A stretch of 64,000 nucleotides of DNA from Podarcis cretensis (taxonomy: Eukaryota), in contig OX638149.1 in assembly GCA_951804945.1 (NCBI GenBank), positions 19,034,001-19,098,000 of the forward strand, in the 5' to 3' direction. Position 1 is the first letter of the stretch; each line of letters begins with the position of its first letter. Made by a program: the position numbers and the translations under genes. The notes under the pieces were generated by a model that was given only the letters and a program-made list of their open reading frames with translations, was not told where the DNA came from and made no database searches. This document shows positions 45,301-60,551 of the stretch, piece by piece.

Positions 45301-48300
45301 GTATTTGGTGTGCCTAGATTTGCAATGGGCAGCCCGGGTGGGGTGGGGGCAGGAATCAGGAAAAAGCAACTGGATGTTTGAGCTAGAGAGAGAGACAGAG
45401 GTGGTTTCACCATGAAAGTGGCTGGACCAGTTTCTAGGAAACAGTTATACATTATTAAAAGGGGAGCCTGTTTGGAAGAGAGAAGTTTGACCAGAAGGGC
45501 CAAATAAAGAAAGAATTAACTTAGCACGGCAACTCCCCTCCGCACATACATGCAAATATACCTGCACCTCTTTTTGCTGAAGGAATCTGGAGTCAGATTC
45601 TGAGGTCCGCAGCTGTTTGATGGAGCAGCTTGTCAAGGAAATGGCATTGCATTTGAGGGTATAGTGCTAAGTGGAGGAGCAGGCTGGCAAATGGGTTTAA
45701 TTCTAACCCTCTTCATTGGAGTTTATTAGATTTTAGTCCCTGTGGGGTGTTGAAAGAAAAACTGCTATCCTGAATGGCAAACAAGCAGAAAGTGAGCGTG
45801 AGAAAGGTGGGTGGGTTGGGGGAATATTTACAGCCTGGTCCTATTCATGTTTACTCAGAAGAAAGCACTGCTGAGCACATTGGGGTTCAGTTTTGAGTAG
45901 GTAAGCATAGGATTTGCAGCCGGAAGGGTACAATCCAGATTCATTTCAGATCCGGCGAGGGTTTTGTTATTATATACAATAACTGACTTTATTGCCATAG
46001 TATGGTATTTTTGCAATTCTGAGAGAGGCTCCTGAGACTTAAGTTCCCCACCCCAAATATATCTCAATACCCTGTTTTTGACAGAGGGATAGCTGATGGA
46101 ATGAGCAAATTTGGGTATGTCTCCAGTGATGGTTGGTTGTGAAAAATACAGCAAAGTTGTATAATAGGAAAATGACATCTCTTATGTAAAAATCCCGACA
46201 AGAGATGTTCTAGGACTGTTCTGAATGACAGATGATAATGTTGGCTGGACATCTGCGATAGGTTTTAACTGCTTCAACAGTGAGATGTGAGCACTAGTTG
46301 TGAATTTTAGGAATGGGAGGAATTGTTGAAACGGATCACCTTCTGCCAGCAAAGTGACCTTCATTATTAAAAAAATATATATGGTTGAACCCTCCTGAAG
46401 AAAGTTCTTGTGGGGAGGGGGCTGAAAGGAGAAAAGCATAAAATAATCCCTGTACAATTTAAAATTATTATTTTTTTAAAAAAATCAGATTTGAAGTCCC
46501 TGGTCAGCAAGTTATTTGCTTCCTGATTTGACACTGTCTGTTTGCATTGTGCCCCTATGGCTGAGAGAAAACACCCTTTATTTATTTATTCCATTATTAT
46601 CCTGTTTTCCTTTTGTGGAATAATTCCTGTCATTCAAAGATGAGCAAGAAAATTAACAGACACAGCAAAGAAAACGGCACATAGATGTAACTAACAGAAT
46701 TAGCCAGGAAGGAAATTGCAGGGATGCTTGGATTTTTTTGGGCGTACCTGTAGGGCTGTAGCACATGCATGTTGTTAGCAGGTGTTGCAAGCTTGAGTTA
46801 TTGAAAATACTGTGTTCTCCATTAGCTGCGTCTGAGCTGCACATCATCAAGTTGCACATGTTACATTAAACTTAAAAGCTGCAGAATTTAAAAGGATAGG
46901 CTCTTCTCTCGTTTTGGATACTTCCAAACATTCTGTCCACTCTTCCCATGCCTCCTTTGAGTTGTTTGATAAGAAACAGCTTTGTGAATGGATGATGGAA
47001 TAAGAAACAGATTTGCTTTTCATTGGAAGGCAAACACAGAGGAGGCTATTTTGTCAAGCTTATTGAAGCATTTTAGTAAGCATGGCTGAAGATCTTTTTC
47101 TCCCCAACGTTCCTTATTAGCAAGGCTTGCATTGGAGTGAATGTCTGTGTCCTTATTTAGCATCAAATTTATTGTGCCGTGTGTGTGTGTTGAACAAAAG
47201 ACAGCCCTCTAGTACACAGAACACAAATGACGATCTGAATGATTGTGGTCCAGGTGGGGAAGAGGCCAAAAGATGCCACTGGTTCCCGTTGGCACCTATT
47301 CTGCCTCCTTTATCAGAGCTCAGTGTGCCTGGAGCTTGATCTATTGGTTTAGCACATCGAGCGCAAGGCTTTTCTTTTCACTTTACATTTCCTGTCTAGA
47401 TCGCCCTGCACACTCTTGTTTGTTGATACAAAGTACTTTCCAAAATAAACTTTGCTAGCTTTTCAGCTGAATTGCAAGTCACATTTGTGGGTGGTTGGCG
47501 CTCAGTGACTTGCCTTGGCGGCTAGGGGGCGCTCGTAGCCTGTCTCTTGGAGAAATTTGGGTTTCCCAGCACCCGCGGAGGAGGCGAGGAAATGTAAAAA
47601 GGCACAAGTGAGCCGGTTCCCATTGCTGCAAAATGTTTTAGGTGTAAAGTTGTGGTATTGATTTTCATGCCGAGATCTATATGGTACAAGATGAGAGAGA
47701 TTGCAAGTTAGATAAATCTATTTTCTAAGCAAATTATGACTGATTAAGCAGCTCCAGCAAGATAGATGTCTTTTAATTAAAATTAGTTTTTAACGGTGTC
47801 TTTCACTGTCAACTCCTCATCTTTTCGCCTTCCCAGTTTTTGAGTTGTTTGACTAGCCGAGAGCAAAGGGGAGGCTTCTGCACAAGTATTAAAATGCACA
47901 TGCATGCTGTGATTAAATCTTATGGGTAAGTTTAGGTGTTGCGCACACACTTGAGCCTCAAGACATTATTACAGTGGGACTGATAAATATGAGCATCGTG
48001 AATGGGATTGATAAAGGGCCGGTTGAACGAAATCTTCGAGAAAATCCGGCAAAGAAGCTATGCATTCAAAAGGGGGAGGCAATGCGTACTAGTTCAGACG
48101 GATCATGCCTCTCCTCTGTGAATGAATGCGTGTGCGCACAAATTCAACAGGAGACTAGTTAACAGAATAATACACATGCATATAGTTCATAATATTGAAT
48201 GCCTAATGGAACCAGATGCTTCAAAGACCCGTGTAGCAGCGCAGGGTATTCTTGCGAAAATCGGTATCACACATAGCAAGCGTTTTCCTGCCACATGCAA

Positions 48301-51300
48301 AAGCGTTTCAGTGTGCAGCAAGAGATCCGAATAGTTATGAACGTTTATGTACTAAACGTTATGTGCAGTTGTTACGATGTGTACAGCTGTGAAGGGACAT
48401 AGCCTTTGGCCGATGCCTGATTTTATTTGTGGCTCTGAAGGTCAGAAAATCCACCTGAGCAAGTTGCCTTACTTTTAATTGCTCTGCCTCTCTTGGAACA
48501 ACGACGTAGGTATTTTCCACGCAGAAAGAGATAGAAGTCCATGTGGAATGTACAAAAGTTTTCTCTCTCGTTTGGTGTGTGTAGAAATGCGCGCGTGCTC
48601 CCCTTTTGAGTGTTCCCCCCAGCTTGCACACACACCTTGCTTACGTAAACGTCATTGGGACACTTCCTTGTCAAATGTATATGCAGCTTAGTGGGTTATA
48701 AAGGGGGGGGGGGGAATCTGGGAATGCCAGGAGTGAATGCTTGCGAAGAAGTTTGTCAGGTTGTGGCATTGTTCCCTGTTCTGCAGATTTCTTTCTCATG
48801 TTAGGACACAGTCTGTGGGTAGATGTTCTTCTCTGCTGACAGAGGAGAGGGCTTCATTTGAACTTGAAAGAGAAATAAATTGGGTCAGACAAAAGAGTAG
48901 GGCTGTCACCCACTATAGGAAAAGCCTTCACTCTGAACTAGATGGAGGTGAGTGGGGGGGGGAGAGAATGAGGTTGCAATGAATCTGAAGGTTCCTTCCT
49001 TCATTTAGGGTTTTCTGTTTGTTGGAAGCATAGAGACAGCGGGCAGCTGATTTTTACTAACCTGGAAAAACGAAGTGATCAGGAAGCTCCCCCTTTTCCC
49101 CTCACCTTTTATTGAAAAAAAATGAATAACCTCCTCCAACTTTGCCAGTAACAACTTGCTTCACTCCCAGAACTTTAAAACTTTTCGCATTTTTGAAATG
49201 ATAAGAATCAAGGGCAGCAGTTCTTAATCAACGAACTTAATCTGCCATTTGGCACAATTTAAAGCATCTCTTATGAAGATGGTTGCTGTCTTCAAACTGC
49301 TTTCTTTTGCTGAAATAATATTCCAACTCCTCGTTTGCTTGTTGCTCCTTGAATCCCAATGAAGTTGAAGAGATGGATAAAGTTGGGCTGGGGCTGGGGC
49401 TGGGGGCAGAAATAAATGACCACCTTCCCCTCTATGTTTACTCAGAAGCAAGTTTCTTTGCATTCAGGGGTTGCTTACTCTCAGGTACGTTTGCATTGAA
49501 TTGCAGCCTCGGGGACATTTTGGGGCTGCATGCAGACATACCTTGAAATTTAGCCTGGCTAGAAAAACCACCATGGAAGCTGTTATATAGTCGTCATAGT
49601 GCAGATACAAAGATGAAGAGCTAGGGCTGCTTCCATTCATTTTGATGGGCCTTGTGCTGGGAGAAACCTTGCAGTGCTGTTCTGCATCCAGTTACGCCTG
49701 TCTGGGACTTTGCTGGGACCAAAGCACATGGAACATGGGCGCATAAGAAGTGCGCAGAGATGTCCGCATATATCTTCATAACAAGATGAGGGGAAGCCGG
49801 TGTTCGCACAGAGCGGGCATTACTGATAAATGTGCCATGCTCCCAGCGGCTGTTATAGTGACACCTTCCTCCTTCCCTGCTTATTTACTTTCATAAAATG
49901 TCCTCATGCAGTCCCTAAGCAATCCCTTTCCACCCTCGGCTATCAGCCTCGGAGGCGGTTGTGTATTCACAGTAAGTTGCCTCTCGACATCAGTTAGATA
50001 TTCTCCCTGCTCCACTATCCCTTGGAAAAAAAGAGAAGCAAACTGCCAACTAAGTCTTTATACAGGGGGTTCTTAAACGGTAGGGAATCCCCTCTCCTTG
50101 TTCTTCCCAAGGGATATATATTAACAATGTCTAATGTGCCTTTTTTTTTTTTTTTTTTTGCAAATACTGTAAATGAAAGAAGCAAACACTTCATGCAATG
50201 TACTCATGTACCAGGGAGAGAGACAGAGGAGGTGGGTAGCAACCGTGGTAGCGACATTATAAGAATATAATCATTTTCTAGCAAAAGCGACATAGCGGTT
50301 CACTGTATGGCATTCGTCGTACCTGCCTTAGTCATTTTATTTTATTTTATACGTTTGCGAGACCTTTGTCTCAGTGCAAATAATAAATTTCCTTTTATGA
50401 AGGAGCTAATGATGTGTGCTGCTTGTTGGGGGCAGTGTGTGTTTGCCGTGATGCAGGAGGAGTGAATGGGGAGTGATTGTATACAGAAAGTTCCTCCACT
50501 TGTGTGTGTGTGTGTGTTTGTGTTTTACGAGCCTGGAATGAACCCACAAAATCCGCTGGGTGTTGGAACACCCTGGCTTCTGTGAATCTTGAAAAATGGC
50601 TCAGAGTTTGGGTGTGAGCCGTGCAAGGTGATTTACAATCCCCTTGTTGAGAAAGGAACTTGACTCAGGTTCCACCCGGGTTTCAATCCACAGCAGAAAT
50701 CAAATGCATTGATTTCCCCCCTTATTTGGGCAGTTTTGTTTTGTTTTCTTCATACATTGCTAAGAATCTATAATTCAGGCAGCCTGTTCTAGTATAGCCA
50801 AAAGTATAGAAATTCCCTGTGCAGACTTCTCCACTCCTCGTTGAAGTATCTATTTCCTCCCCCCTCTCCTTTTTCTATTTCAGTTTTAACTAAAACAAAT
50901 CTATTCACGCAGGAACAAAAGGAGCTTTTGTATCACATCATCTCAATCCCTGATTTATCTGTGAAGATTTACCGCTTTCGTGGTCTATACAAGAACCTAT
51001 GCATTTTAGCCTCCCAATTGCAATAAATCTTTTTTCTTCCTCCCCTTTCTGCACCTCGAGCCACTAGTTTATTTAGCAAAACGTACATCACCTTTTGTTC
51101 CATTAACATTGCATGCATGTAGCCTTTGATTTAAATAAGTGCAGAGGCATGTCTTGGGGTAGAAATTTAGGGAAGCGGGATCGGGGGGGGGGGTCATGCT
51201 GGACATTCCAGAGGCTGGAAGTGACCACTGCACCATACCACGTTTAAGTGGCCTTTGCGAAATCACCGGACTTCAGTTCTGCTGCAAGGTTTTTGGTTTC

Positions 51301-54300
51301 TGCTGGAATATGCTGGGCATTTTATGTTTTACCTCCTTTCACTTCGTCCCCTACTCCCCCCACCTTATAACCACTATGGTTCCCCCCTCCTGTTATTCAG
51401 AGCCTTTTGCCCTACATTCCTACATTTCATCTACATTGGTGGGGTTAAACTTTGTTTTCTAAGATAACAGACTAGTTCTGTGAAAGGTGTCTGGCTTGCA
51501 GGTTTGCAGAGGAGTGCTGAAACTCAACAGCCACCCATTTGCAGACGTTTCAATGGGGGGACTCCAAGCTCCTCTGCTTTCCATAGTGAGCAGAATCTGG
51601 CAACACCTGAAGGCTGGCCAGTCATCTTTACAAAACAATATCAGATCATCGTGTTGGTGTTGTGTACTGAGAGCAGACTCCCTTTTCCTTGGGGCCACGT
51701 GCAAATCCAGGAGCAGTTGTCACTTTTCGTGACACAGCTTCAGTGGCAAGCTTAAAGAACGAAAAACGCCACAGAGGCTGAATTGCCTTTTCCCTTCTCG
51801 GGGGTGGCACTGTTTTTTTATTGTCAAATAGTGCATTTGAGGCTCTTGGGTATCAGATTTCTGCCAGTTGCAAGTGTTGTTAATGCAAGATAGAATGCTG
51901 AAGTAAAACCGAACATGCATGTTCTACGTATTCATTATATCCTTACTGCCTTTCAAATCGGGACATAAAAGTTTCCAGCCGACAAAAGAATGGGTAGCCC
52001 ACAGATACCTCCGGACGTGGCTGTTTCTGTCCGTGATTAGGCAATTGGCTATTTTATAAGGTTGCTGTGGGACATTATTTGCAGGCTGATAGGACTTTGT
52101 GGAGCTGCCAGGACATCTGCTTCATTCTGTCCATGACCAGCAGAAAGGGCCACAGCTCCACTGTAGAACCCCTGTTTTTGCGCACAGAAGACCCCACATT
52201 TAATCCCCGGCATCTGCAGGTAGGGTTGGCAGTGTCCCCTGTCTGAAACCCTGGAAAACCACTGCCAGTCCGTGTAGAAAATACTGATTTAGATGGACCA
52301 GTGGTCTCAAGGTATAAGGCATCTTCCTCTGTGATTAATAGTCCTGGCCAACCATTTCACTACATTGGAATTGAGTTACTGTTTCTCATGTGTGTCAGTG
52401 GCATCACCTTCCTTTTGGGTTTATTATTTTTTGTGTGGAAATCAATGCAAAACAACAACAACACACCTTGGCTCCTTAATAAATAATAATAATGATAATA
52501 ATAATAATTTATTGAATTTATATACTGCCCGGAGTGTCCAGGGCTGTGTTATTGGTGAAATGTAGACATGAAATCTCTATCATAATTAAATTTTCAGTTT
52601 GAAAAGGATTTCCAGGCTAAATATTGGTACAGGTGGGATGGTTGGGCAGGCAAAGGTTTTGTCCAACTGCGTTCTTTTAAGCTGCGGCATCTTTAAAACG
52701 GTCGGTGAGTGATCCAAGTTATCTTCTCACTTGCAGACTGCATGCGTGTGTACACGCGTGAAATAAGTGCTGATGGACACACAGCACCATCTAAAAAAGA
52801 TGGTTTTATGGGTAGCATCTTAAAGGCAAATGTGCTTCCTCCAGTGGGCAGCTGGGTAAGGCTTCCGAATGTTCTTCACACAACCAATATTCAGAATTCT
52901 CCCAGCTGCTGCGCCCAGATCTTGGGAGTGCTGGAAGATCCTCACGGAGGGGGGCGGGGCAGAAGCGGGGAGACTCTTTGAAGTTAGGATTTCCCGGTAG
53001 AGGGGTGCAGCTGGCAAGTGCTGCATGATTCATCAGTTCATCATTACAAAACGCAGTCAGATCTGGTTAATCTGCAGTCTGCTCATCTGGGTTTGTGAAG
53101 AGATTTACATGGTAACCAACCTTACAGTACCCATGGCAATTGTAGCACCCGCTAGCACCTCTGCAGATAAGTAGCAGCAGCAGCAGCGGCAGCAGCAACA
53201 ACATTATTTCCATAGGCTCCTGGGCTTGAACATCTTTCTGGTGTTGTGCAGAACCTGCATGTAGGCAAGAACCTTGGGAAGCAGCGAGACATTGGCCCCT
53301 GATACAATCCACTATTCTTTCCCCTCCTTAAAAAAACAAATAATCATCTTTGCTCGCTTACGCTCTGGATTGATAAGATTAGAAAAGGGGAGAGAGCGTA
53401 CAGCCATCTCTTCCACCCCCCTCCTTTCATTTATATTTCTGCCACATGAATACAATTTGGATATTTTGAAATGACGCATGACCTCAAAAGGGACCACTTC
53501 ACATATTGCATTTTAAAAAGATAATAAGAATGTGATGTGCATTCTGTAAGGTATGCTCTCGTTGAGGAGCTGGGATTAGCTTACAGCTTCCTCTTGACTG
53601 TAGGGTTGGGTGGCAACAACAATATGTGAATCGGTTCTCAGGAGCTTGATTTGATGTCCACAGCAGTTGAAATCCACGTGATTTTTCATGTAGCGCTGAG
53701 GGTTTCTTTGCTCGTGCCCAAAGCAAAGCAAATCAGCTTTGCCCAGCCAGATAGATGTTGCTGGACTCACCATCCCTGACCATTGGCCGCACTAGCTGAG
53801 ACTGATGTGTGCTAGAGCTGACTCTTGGACCTAGGCCTTGAGGACAGTTTTGGAGAACGGCCCTTGGAAGATGCATTCAGGCAGTGCGATATCAGATGTT
53901 CGATTCCTTCTTTGGGGCTGAAATCAGCTGCCTCAAACCCTCCTTTCTTGTTTGAAGGAGAATCTGGAGTTATTCTTCTCCCTCCATCCCTTTCCAAACT
54001 ACATGACGGAGAGAGCAAAGTTTTCCAAACCCCTGTAACCTTTGAAATTCAGGAACATGGCTGAGGAGAAGCTAGACTTAAATCTGAAACAGTTGGGGCC
54101 TTATGTATATTATGGCACCTGAGCATAATGTAGATTTCAGCTTGGACCTATGCTGGCTTTGGGCATGAACTATTAATTTCTGCTCCCCATAAATGTGAAT
54201 CCCAGTGTCTTGGGAGCTGTATTTTGTGGATCATGCCCCATCCACAGTGGATGTGTTAACATCACTAAGCGAGGGCAGCATTTTTGAAGGAAAGAAAAGA

Positions 54301-57300
54301 GCATTGTTCTGTAAGTACTAAACAGAGATTCTCCTCACATTTGGCCATGGATAGGTGATCAGGTTTTTGGATATTTTTATTTTTTTATGGCAGGTTAATT
54401 AGCAGTGGAGGAGAGCTCTAGCCTACCAGGCTCCGTTTACTCTGGGGCAACCCCGTCAAAGTTAATAGACTTGCTCTAGAGTAAGCAGGCTATTGGTTGC
54501 AGTTAACAGATAATGCCTATCACAATCTAGCTGATAAGCTTGACCTTCTTAAATGAGTTACTTTAATTCTGACTGTAATTTAAATAACTTCAAAAAAAAT
54601 AACTACACTTTTCTTGATTCCTTTGAAATTGATGATGATCATTCAGGAGGGCTTTGGTTGGGGGGGGGTTAGTTCAGGGAGTGCAAAGCTGATTTCCAAA
54701 AAGGTTAAGACTGCCAAAGAATGAAAAGGATACCAGATTATTATTATTATTTAAAAAAGAGCTATTGCAGACTGCTTTGATGGTGGGGGCAGAGGAAGAG
54801 GAGAAGATTTCTCATGAATGGGCACATGCGGACTTAACTAATTACGGTCAAATGCTACTGAGACCATCGTAATGCAAGATGCCAAGTTGGGCAGATAAAC
54901 CGTAGGAAATGGCAAGCTTAATAACTTTCGATTCCCGGACCATCTTGCAAAACGGGAGAACTGTGCGAGGTTTTATTTTATTATTATAATAATCCTTCTG
55001 TGGGTGCTTAAACGATTAGTTAGAGAAATGAAAAGGGGGAAAAGTGAACAATTCAAGTTGCTGACAACTGAAGGAGATTTTGGAATTTCTACATTGACAG
55101 AGTCATGGGAAGCTTAGCAAATCTTGCAGTTTTCCTGCTCTCTTCTTTTCCTGGAGCGGGAAAAAAAAATCTCCTTTATCAAAAAGATAATAAATGATCC
55201 TCTCTCCCCTCCCTCCCCGCACTTTAAAACAACAACAGCGACACCACCCTAATGTGCGTAGCCCGAATACTCTAATTTCAAGAGGCTGTCTTAACTTCGA
55301 AGCAGAGCAGGATGGCTATAGTAAATGCCAAAAGGTGTTTTTGGATCCTGTGCTGCAGCTTTACATACCTTGGCTCTGTTCAGCTCTGCTGCTTACTTTG
55401 CCTCTTCCAGTTCTTTTACCTTTATCTCTCCTTTTGTGCGTGCGTGTTTTAATATTTTGACACTCTGCTCCCACCTAATAGGAATTCTTTTCTAGAAACG
55501 GTGCATATGTTGTCTAAAGGAGTCTTTTCACAGCACTCGTATCCCCCCCCCCTCACCTCCGTTTCTTTCTTTCCCTTTTGGCTCTAAAATTATGTATATG
55601 TAATTGGTAATTAAAGGTGCAAGCTCTCTTCAATATAAACAGTATTGCTCAATGTTAGATCATTAAAGGGAACAGAAGCACTAAATAATTACCTTTTGCA
55701 TTGTGACAAACCGTTCGCACAGAAATCCACTCACTTCCCCCTCAGCACCAGGGTTATGATTACATTTTCACGATGGCAAAGAGTCTTTTCATAAAATAAA
55801 TTGGTAAATTAATTACGTTGCATTGTCTACCGGCTGCTTTTAAAGTAAACTTAGAGGAAGGGGTTGGGGGGGGGGAGGCTGAAAGTAATTAATGGGTTTC
55901 ACACACCATGCATTATGCCTAGAGTTGAGTTACCTAGTGGATTAATTTGGCTACAAGTAAGTGGAGGAAACTCAAAAGCTTTCGCCCGTGAATCTTCTCT
56001 TCCTTAGGCTGCTTCTTGTTCATACACCTCCGTCGACTGTGAGGGGTGGCAGCGTAGGCCTAATTTGAAGTGCTGCGAAAATAATAAGCACCAGGTTCTG
56101 ATACGCTTCTCTTTCTTACATAATGCGTGTGCTTAGTGGGCAGTGATGCAGTTTATGATACGTATGATTCATGTACCAATTAGCAATCTTTTTCAGAAAG
56201 GGAAGTTAAGATTTGTTTCGACCTCCAAATAACCATTTCTCTGGCTGAACCTGTGAAATTAGCCTCCGGGTTAGATAAAGCAGTCTTCTCTCATTATTAT
56301 TACTACTACTGCTCTTATAATTTTAAATAAAAAAAAAAGATACAGCAGCTTTAACAAAAAATAATAATCAGGAAATATTTGGGCAAAGTTCCCATTCAGT
56401 TCAGGGATTGCAGTTCAGAATTACGACAAAACGTTTTGCATTGTCCTGCTGCTTTTAGATCTCCAGGAAATTCGGAAGCAAATCACCAATGCCAGTATTT
56501 CCATGCGTTCGTTTCCCCCCCCCCCCCCCTGCAGAGCTTTACTATTCCCATCTCCAGATAAAACTTCAGTGGCTCATCTCTTTTATTTACATGCTGTTAG
56601 TTCTCTGCGTATTGATCGGGCCAAATGATAAAATTTTTGTTCAAAGCAAAAACCCCGCCAGCCAATGGGAATTGTGCCTGATTGAAGACCATGTTTCGTG
56701 TGGTTTTTCAATTAGGCTGCAATGGAAATATATATATATATAAAATAAAAATAAAAAGTTCGTTGCGCGGCAGCCTGTGAATTAGCAGCTTTGAATGCGT
56801 TAGTTTTTCATGCAAACTTAGTTCATCGCAAACTCCTGATTATTCAAATTCATGGAGAGATGTCAACCAGCCCCATTTCAGTATGTAAAGGAGCATTTTC
56901 TTTTTATATGATCTGATGGTCTAGAAAAAGGTTGTGCTTCCTCCAGACAACTTGCCTAAATGTGGGTCTACGGAATCTTTAGGCAAAGCAAAGTATGGTA
57001 TGAATGTGAATCTGGAAATCAATTCCTGTCCCTCAAATGCCTTGCAGTTTACAGCATCTTGAAGAAATTTTTGTGATATTTAAGAGGCTTTGCTTAGCAG
57101 CCGGTTTCACTGAAATTGAACTTACTCCCAAACGTACATGAATATGCTTCACCTGTAAGTTGACCAAATTAATTTGGACTGAAGTGCATGTTTGTTTGTT
57201 TTTGAATTACAGTATTTTTCTGTGCATTATTATTATTATTATTATTATTATTAATTTCCCTTCCGGCTGCTTTAAAAGTTGCTGCTCAGTGCAGCTGCCC

Positions 57301-60300
57301 TTTCAAGTTCACATTCTGCTGCCATCAGGGTTGCATGCAAATCCAGCGACGTAACGTAAATAAAATGGAGACTTGAGGTTGCCACGACCTGATATTAAAA
57401 TTCCATAAAACCAGCAAGTATTTGGGGAGAGAAGATGGAAGAAAGGATGGCGTGTGGGTAGAATTGCTATCCGACGGGAGAAAGTTTGGTTAGAGCAGAC
57501 ATACGACTTTTTTTAGTGCTGCAATACCTGAAAAAGATGTACTTGAAAAGCAGCAATAGGAAGGTATTCATAGTGCTGGATATTTTCCATAGGAAATTAA
57601 GCCAAATTCATTCTGGCATCTGCTATAATCTAGAATCTGAATGCCTGGTGTCTGTATGCCTGTGGTGTAGAGACTGACCTCCAAGAACCCAGTAATTCAC
57701 AAGGAACCTCATGCCCTTCCGTCTCTGTACATGGGAACAACCATGTAACCTAAGGCATTTAAAAAAATAAAATAATAAGCATGTTATACAGTGATGTGTG
57801 CACAGCATTGGCCTTTAGGGGTGGGCAAGCTGAGTGCTGAAGGTGTTGCTCAGCTGAGCTCGGTGTTTGAATGCACTGTCTGCAGTGAGCAAGGATGAAA
57901 TTGTTGAGAGGTACTTCTGGCATCTTCTCATGGGCACTGCTGGGAATACGTGCCTGGCTGCTAGGTTTTGTAGTCCTGCATGAAGCTACACAGCTTGACA
58001 GCTCTGCAAAATTAACCCCTGAGGAAACACACTCAAAGTCTCCTTTGCCTATTTAATCCTAGGATTGGCCCTCAGTTCTGGCTCCTTAGTTCTCTGTCAA
58101 CCAGGACATTAAAGGCATTTCTGGTGGTCCACATCACCTTGGGCCAAGCGTGGGCAGAGGAGGAACGGCGTTGTGGCCTGATGGTCCCACTTGCTCCAGG
58201 TTGAACACACGGGGAAGGGAGAATAGGAAGCACATCCTTGGCTTGGCTTGGGTGCAAGACATGTTGCTTCTTTCTCTCATAAGGCCGACCGCCACTTTGG
58301 CTCAGCTGCCAACAACAAGAAGCGATTTTGGTGCTCGTTCGGGCGGTAGCCCCAGTGGTTCAGTCAGGTTTGTGTTGGGTTGGCGGGGTTTGTGTGCTGA
58401 AAGCCTCTTCCTGCTCAAAGCCAGCCCAGGAAGCCCCCCTTCTGCACGTTGGTAGGTTGCCCATACTAGCAAATGACAGGGACTTGTTTCCTGAGTTGGT
58501 TTTGCCCTTGTAGGGCAGTCTTGCCTTGGGCAATGCTTCCGACATTTTCCTGGCCACCGTGATGCAAAGACTCTGTCCCTGGGATTGCCTCTTCACCATT
58601 GAGAAAGGGAGCCATTTTTGAGGCTTCATCTTTCTTGACCATTCTGGAAACTGAGCACACAAAGGCCCAAACTTTTTTTATGTAAGGTTTTCTGTTTGTC
58701 CAAAAGCTTTGTCGTTCTCTTTAGGCCGCAAATGAAATGAGTCTTGTACAGTAACATTGAGATGAGCACACACGGTAGATTTTTCCTCACAAAAATCTTA
58801 GTATTATTATTTTTTTTAAATATTACTACAATATAATCTTTAAAGAAAGCAATGAATGTGTTATTGCGTCATCACTAAAGTTCTCATTCCAAAAAGAAGG
58901 AAAGAGTGCTCAGGTTTGTCCTCACAGATCACAATTTCTCCTGAACGTAATATGTTGATCTATACATTATTGCCATGTCCCCTATTTCTGAAATAAACAT
59001 TCTGGCAGGGAGGGTGGAGTGGAACCATCGTGTGGTGACCATTTTGACATCCACATTCTCTGCCTATCCTTCCGTGTGCTCTTGAAGTGTTTTTTTATCT
59101 TGTTGAACTGTTGCGTGCTTTAACACCAAAAGCTTTCCTTCCATGATATTTATTTTATTTCTATGCCACTTTTCAGGCACGCCTCGTGAAGTGGTTTACG
59201 TAGAAATATTGGAAGAATAGAGATTAAGTAAAACCATGTATTAAAACTGCGGAGACAAGCGACACGGCTATGTGTGTGTGTGGTGGGACTCTTTGAAAAG
59301 CAGAATTCTCCTCCCCTCGGGGAAAGATGGTCCTTGAGTAGCCTTGTGGTGATGGTTGGGGCAAGGAGAAGCCACCTCAGCTGAGTCGCTGAAGGGTGAA
59401 GAGTTGGCAACTCATTCAAGCAGTTCTTCTGTTTTCTCTTTACCCTTCTTCCCTCAGCGCAAGATGCTCCAACTCCTGTGGTGTTTGTTAAGAGAGAGGG
59501 AGGCTGCCTCAGGTGGAAGCTCTGTAGCTCAGCCACAGAACATTTGCCCTGCATGCAGAGCAAATTTGGGGTCAATCCCTGGCATCTCCTCATAGCGTTG
59601 GGAGAGACAACCGCCTGAAATTCTCGAGAGCCTCTTCTGGTGCATGTAGACAATATTGCACCAGGTGGACCCAGTGGTTTTCCAGCCTAACTCTGTGGTC
59701 CTCAACATGGTGCCCATGGGCATTTTGGTGTCCTTCCTTGCTGGCCAACAAGGCTCCCCTGCTTCTTTCTGCAAAGCGTGTCTCCTTCATGGAGAGCACG
59801 TGTTGCGGTGGGGTCTAGCAAGTCATCCCTCTGTTGCTGGGCGGGTAAGATTAGATGGCCACGTTTGCGATTGGGCTCCTCTATGTTGTTGGGGAGATTT
59901 TAATGTTGCTATTCCTGATTGACAGCCTATTAGCTTTATATTCCCTGCGCGCAGCGTTGAGCTTCCTCTTTTCTCTCCCCTGCTGCTTTCTGAAAATTTT
60001 TTATTTTTTAAATTTATTTGGGGCTTTGTTTATTGTTGCTTTTTTGGGGGGGGAGATTCCTTTAATTTTTGGGGGTGTGTGATTGCTTTTTTATTGCCTA
60101 TGTTTGTTTTGTTATAGGAGGAGGTTTATTTTTAGGGTGTTCCGAGCACTGCCAGTTTTTCTTTTGCAAAATAGGTATTTTGTGGAGCCCACAGCAGTTT
60201 GTTAGGTTTCCAAATGTGCCCCTGGAGCCCAGAAGGCGTTTCTTCTGAGTCCTGTGACTGTACAGTATTTGTAAGACCAATCCAGTATATTCAGCTCTTC

Positions 60301-60501
60301 CAAAAGAACCACTGCATGTAGAGGACCCTACAAAGTGCATGTGTCTGGGTTGGGGTGGAAGGAACATGAAGATATCCTAAACTGTATAGGATAGAGTAAT
60401 AGGACAGCACTCGGGCTTATTCACAAAGGCCTATTTAAGAAAAAAGCTCTTGAAGCAATTCTTGCAAAATATCACCTTTTTTGTTTATACATTTTTTTCA
60501 A

Positions 60502-60502
<1 letters not shown>

Positions 60503-60550
<48 letters not shown>
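60503..60550. repeat. Compound (TG)n(AG)n microsatellite
   Basis: Direct read. Confidence 0.95.
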
Positions 60551-60551
<1 letters not shown>

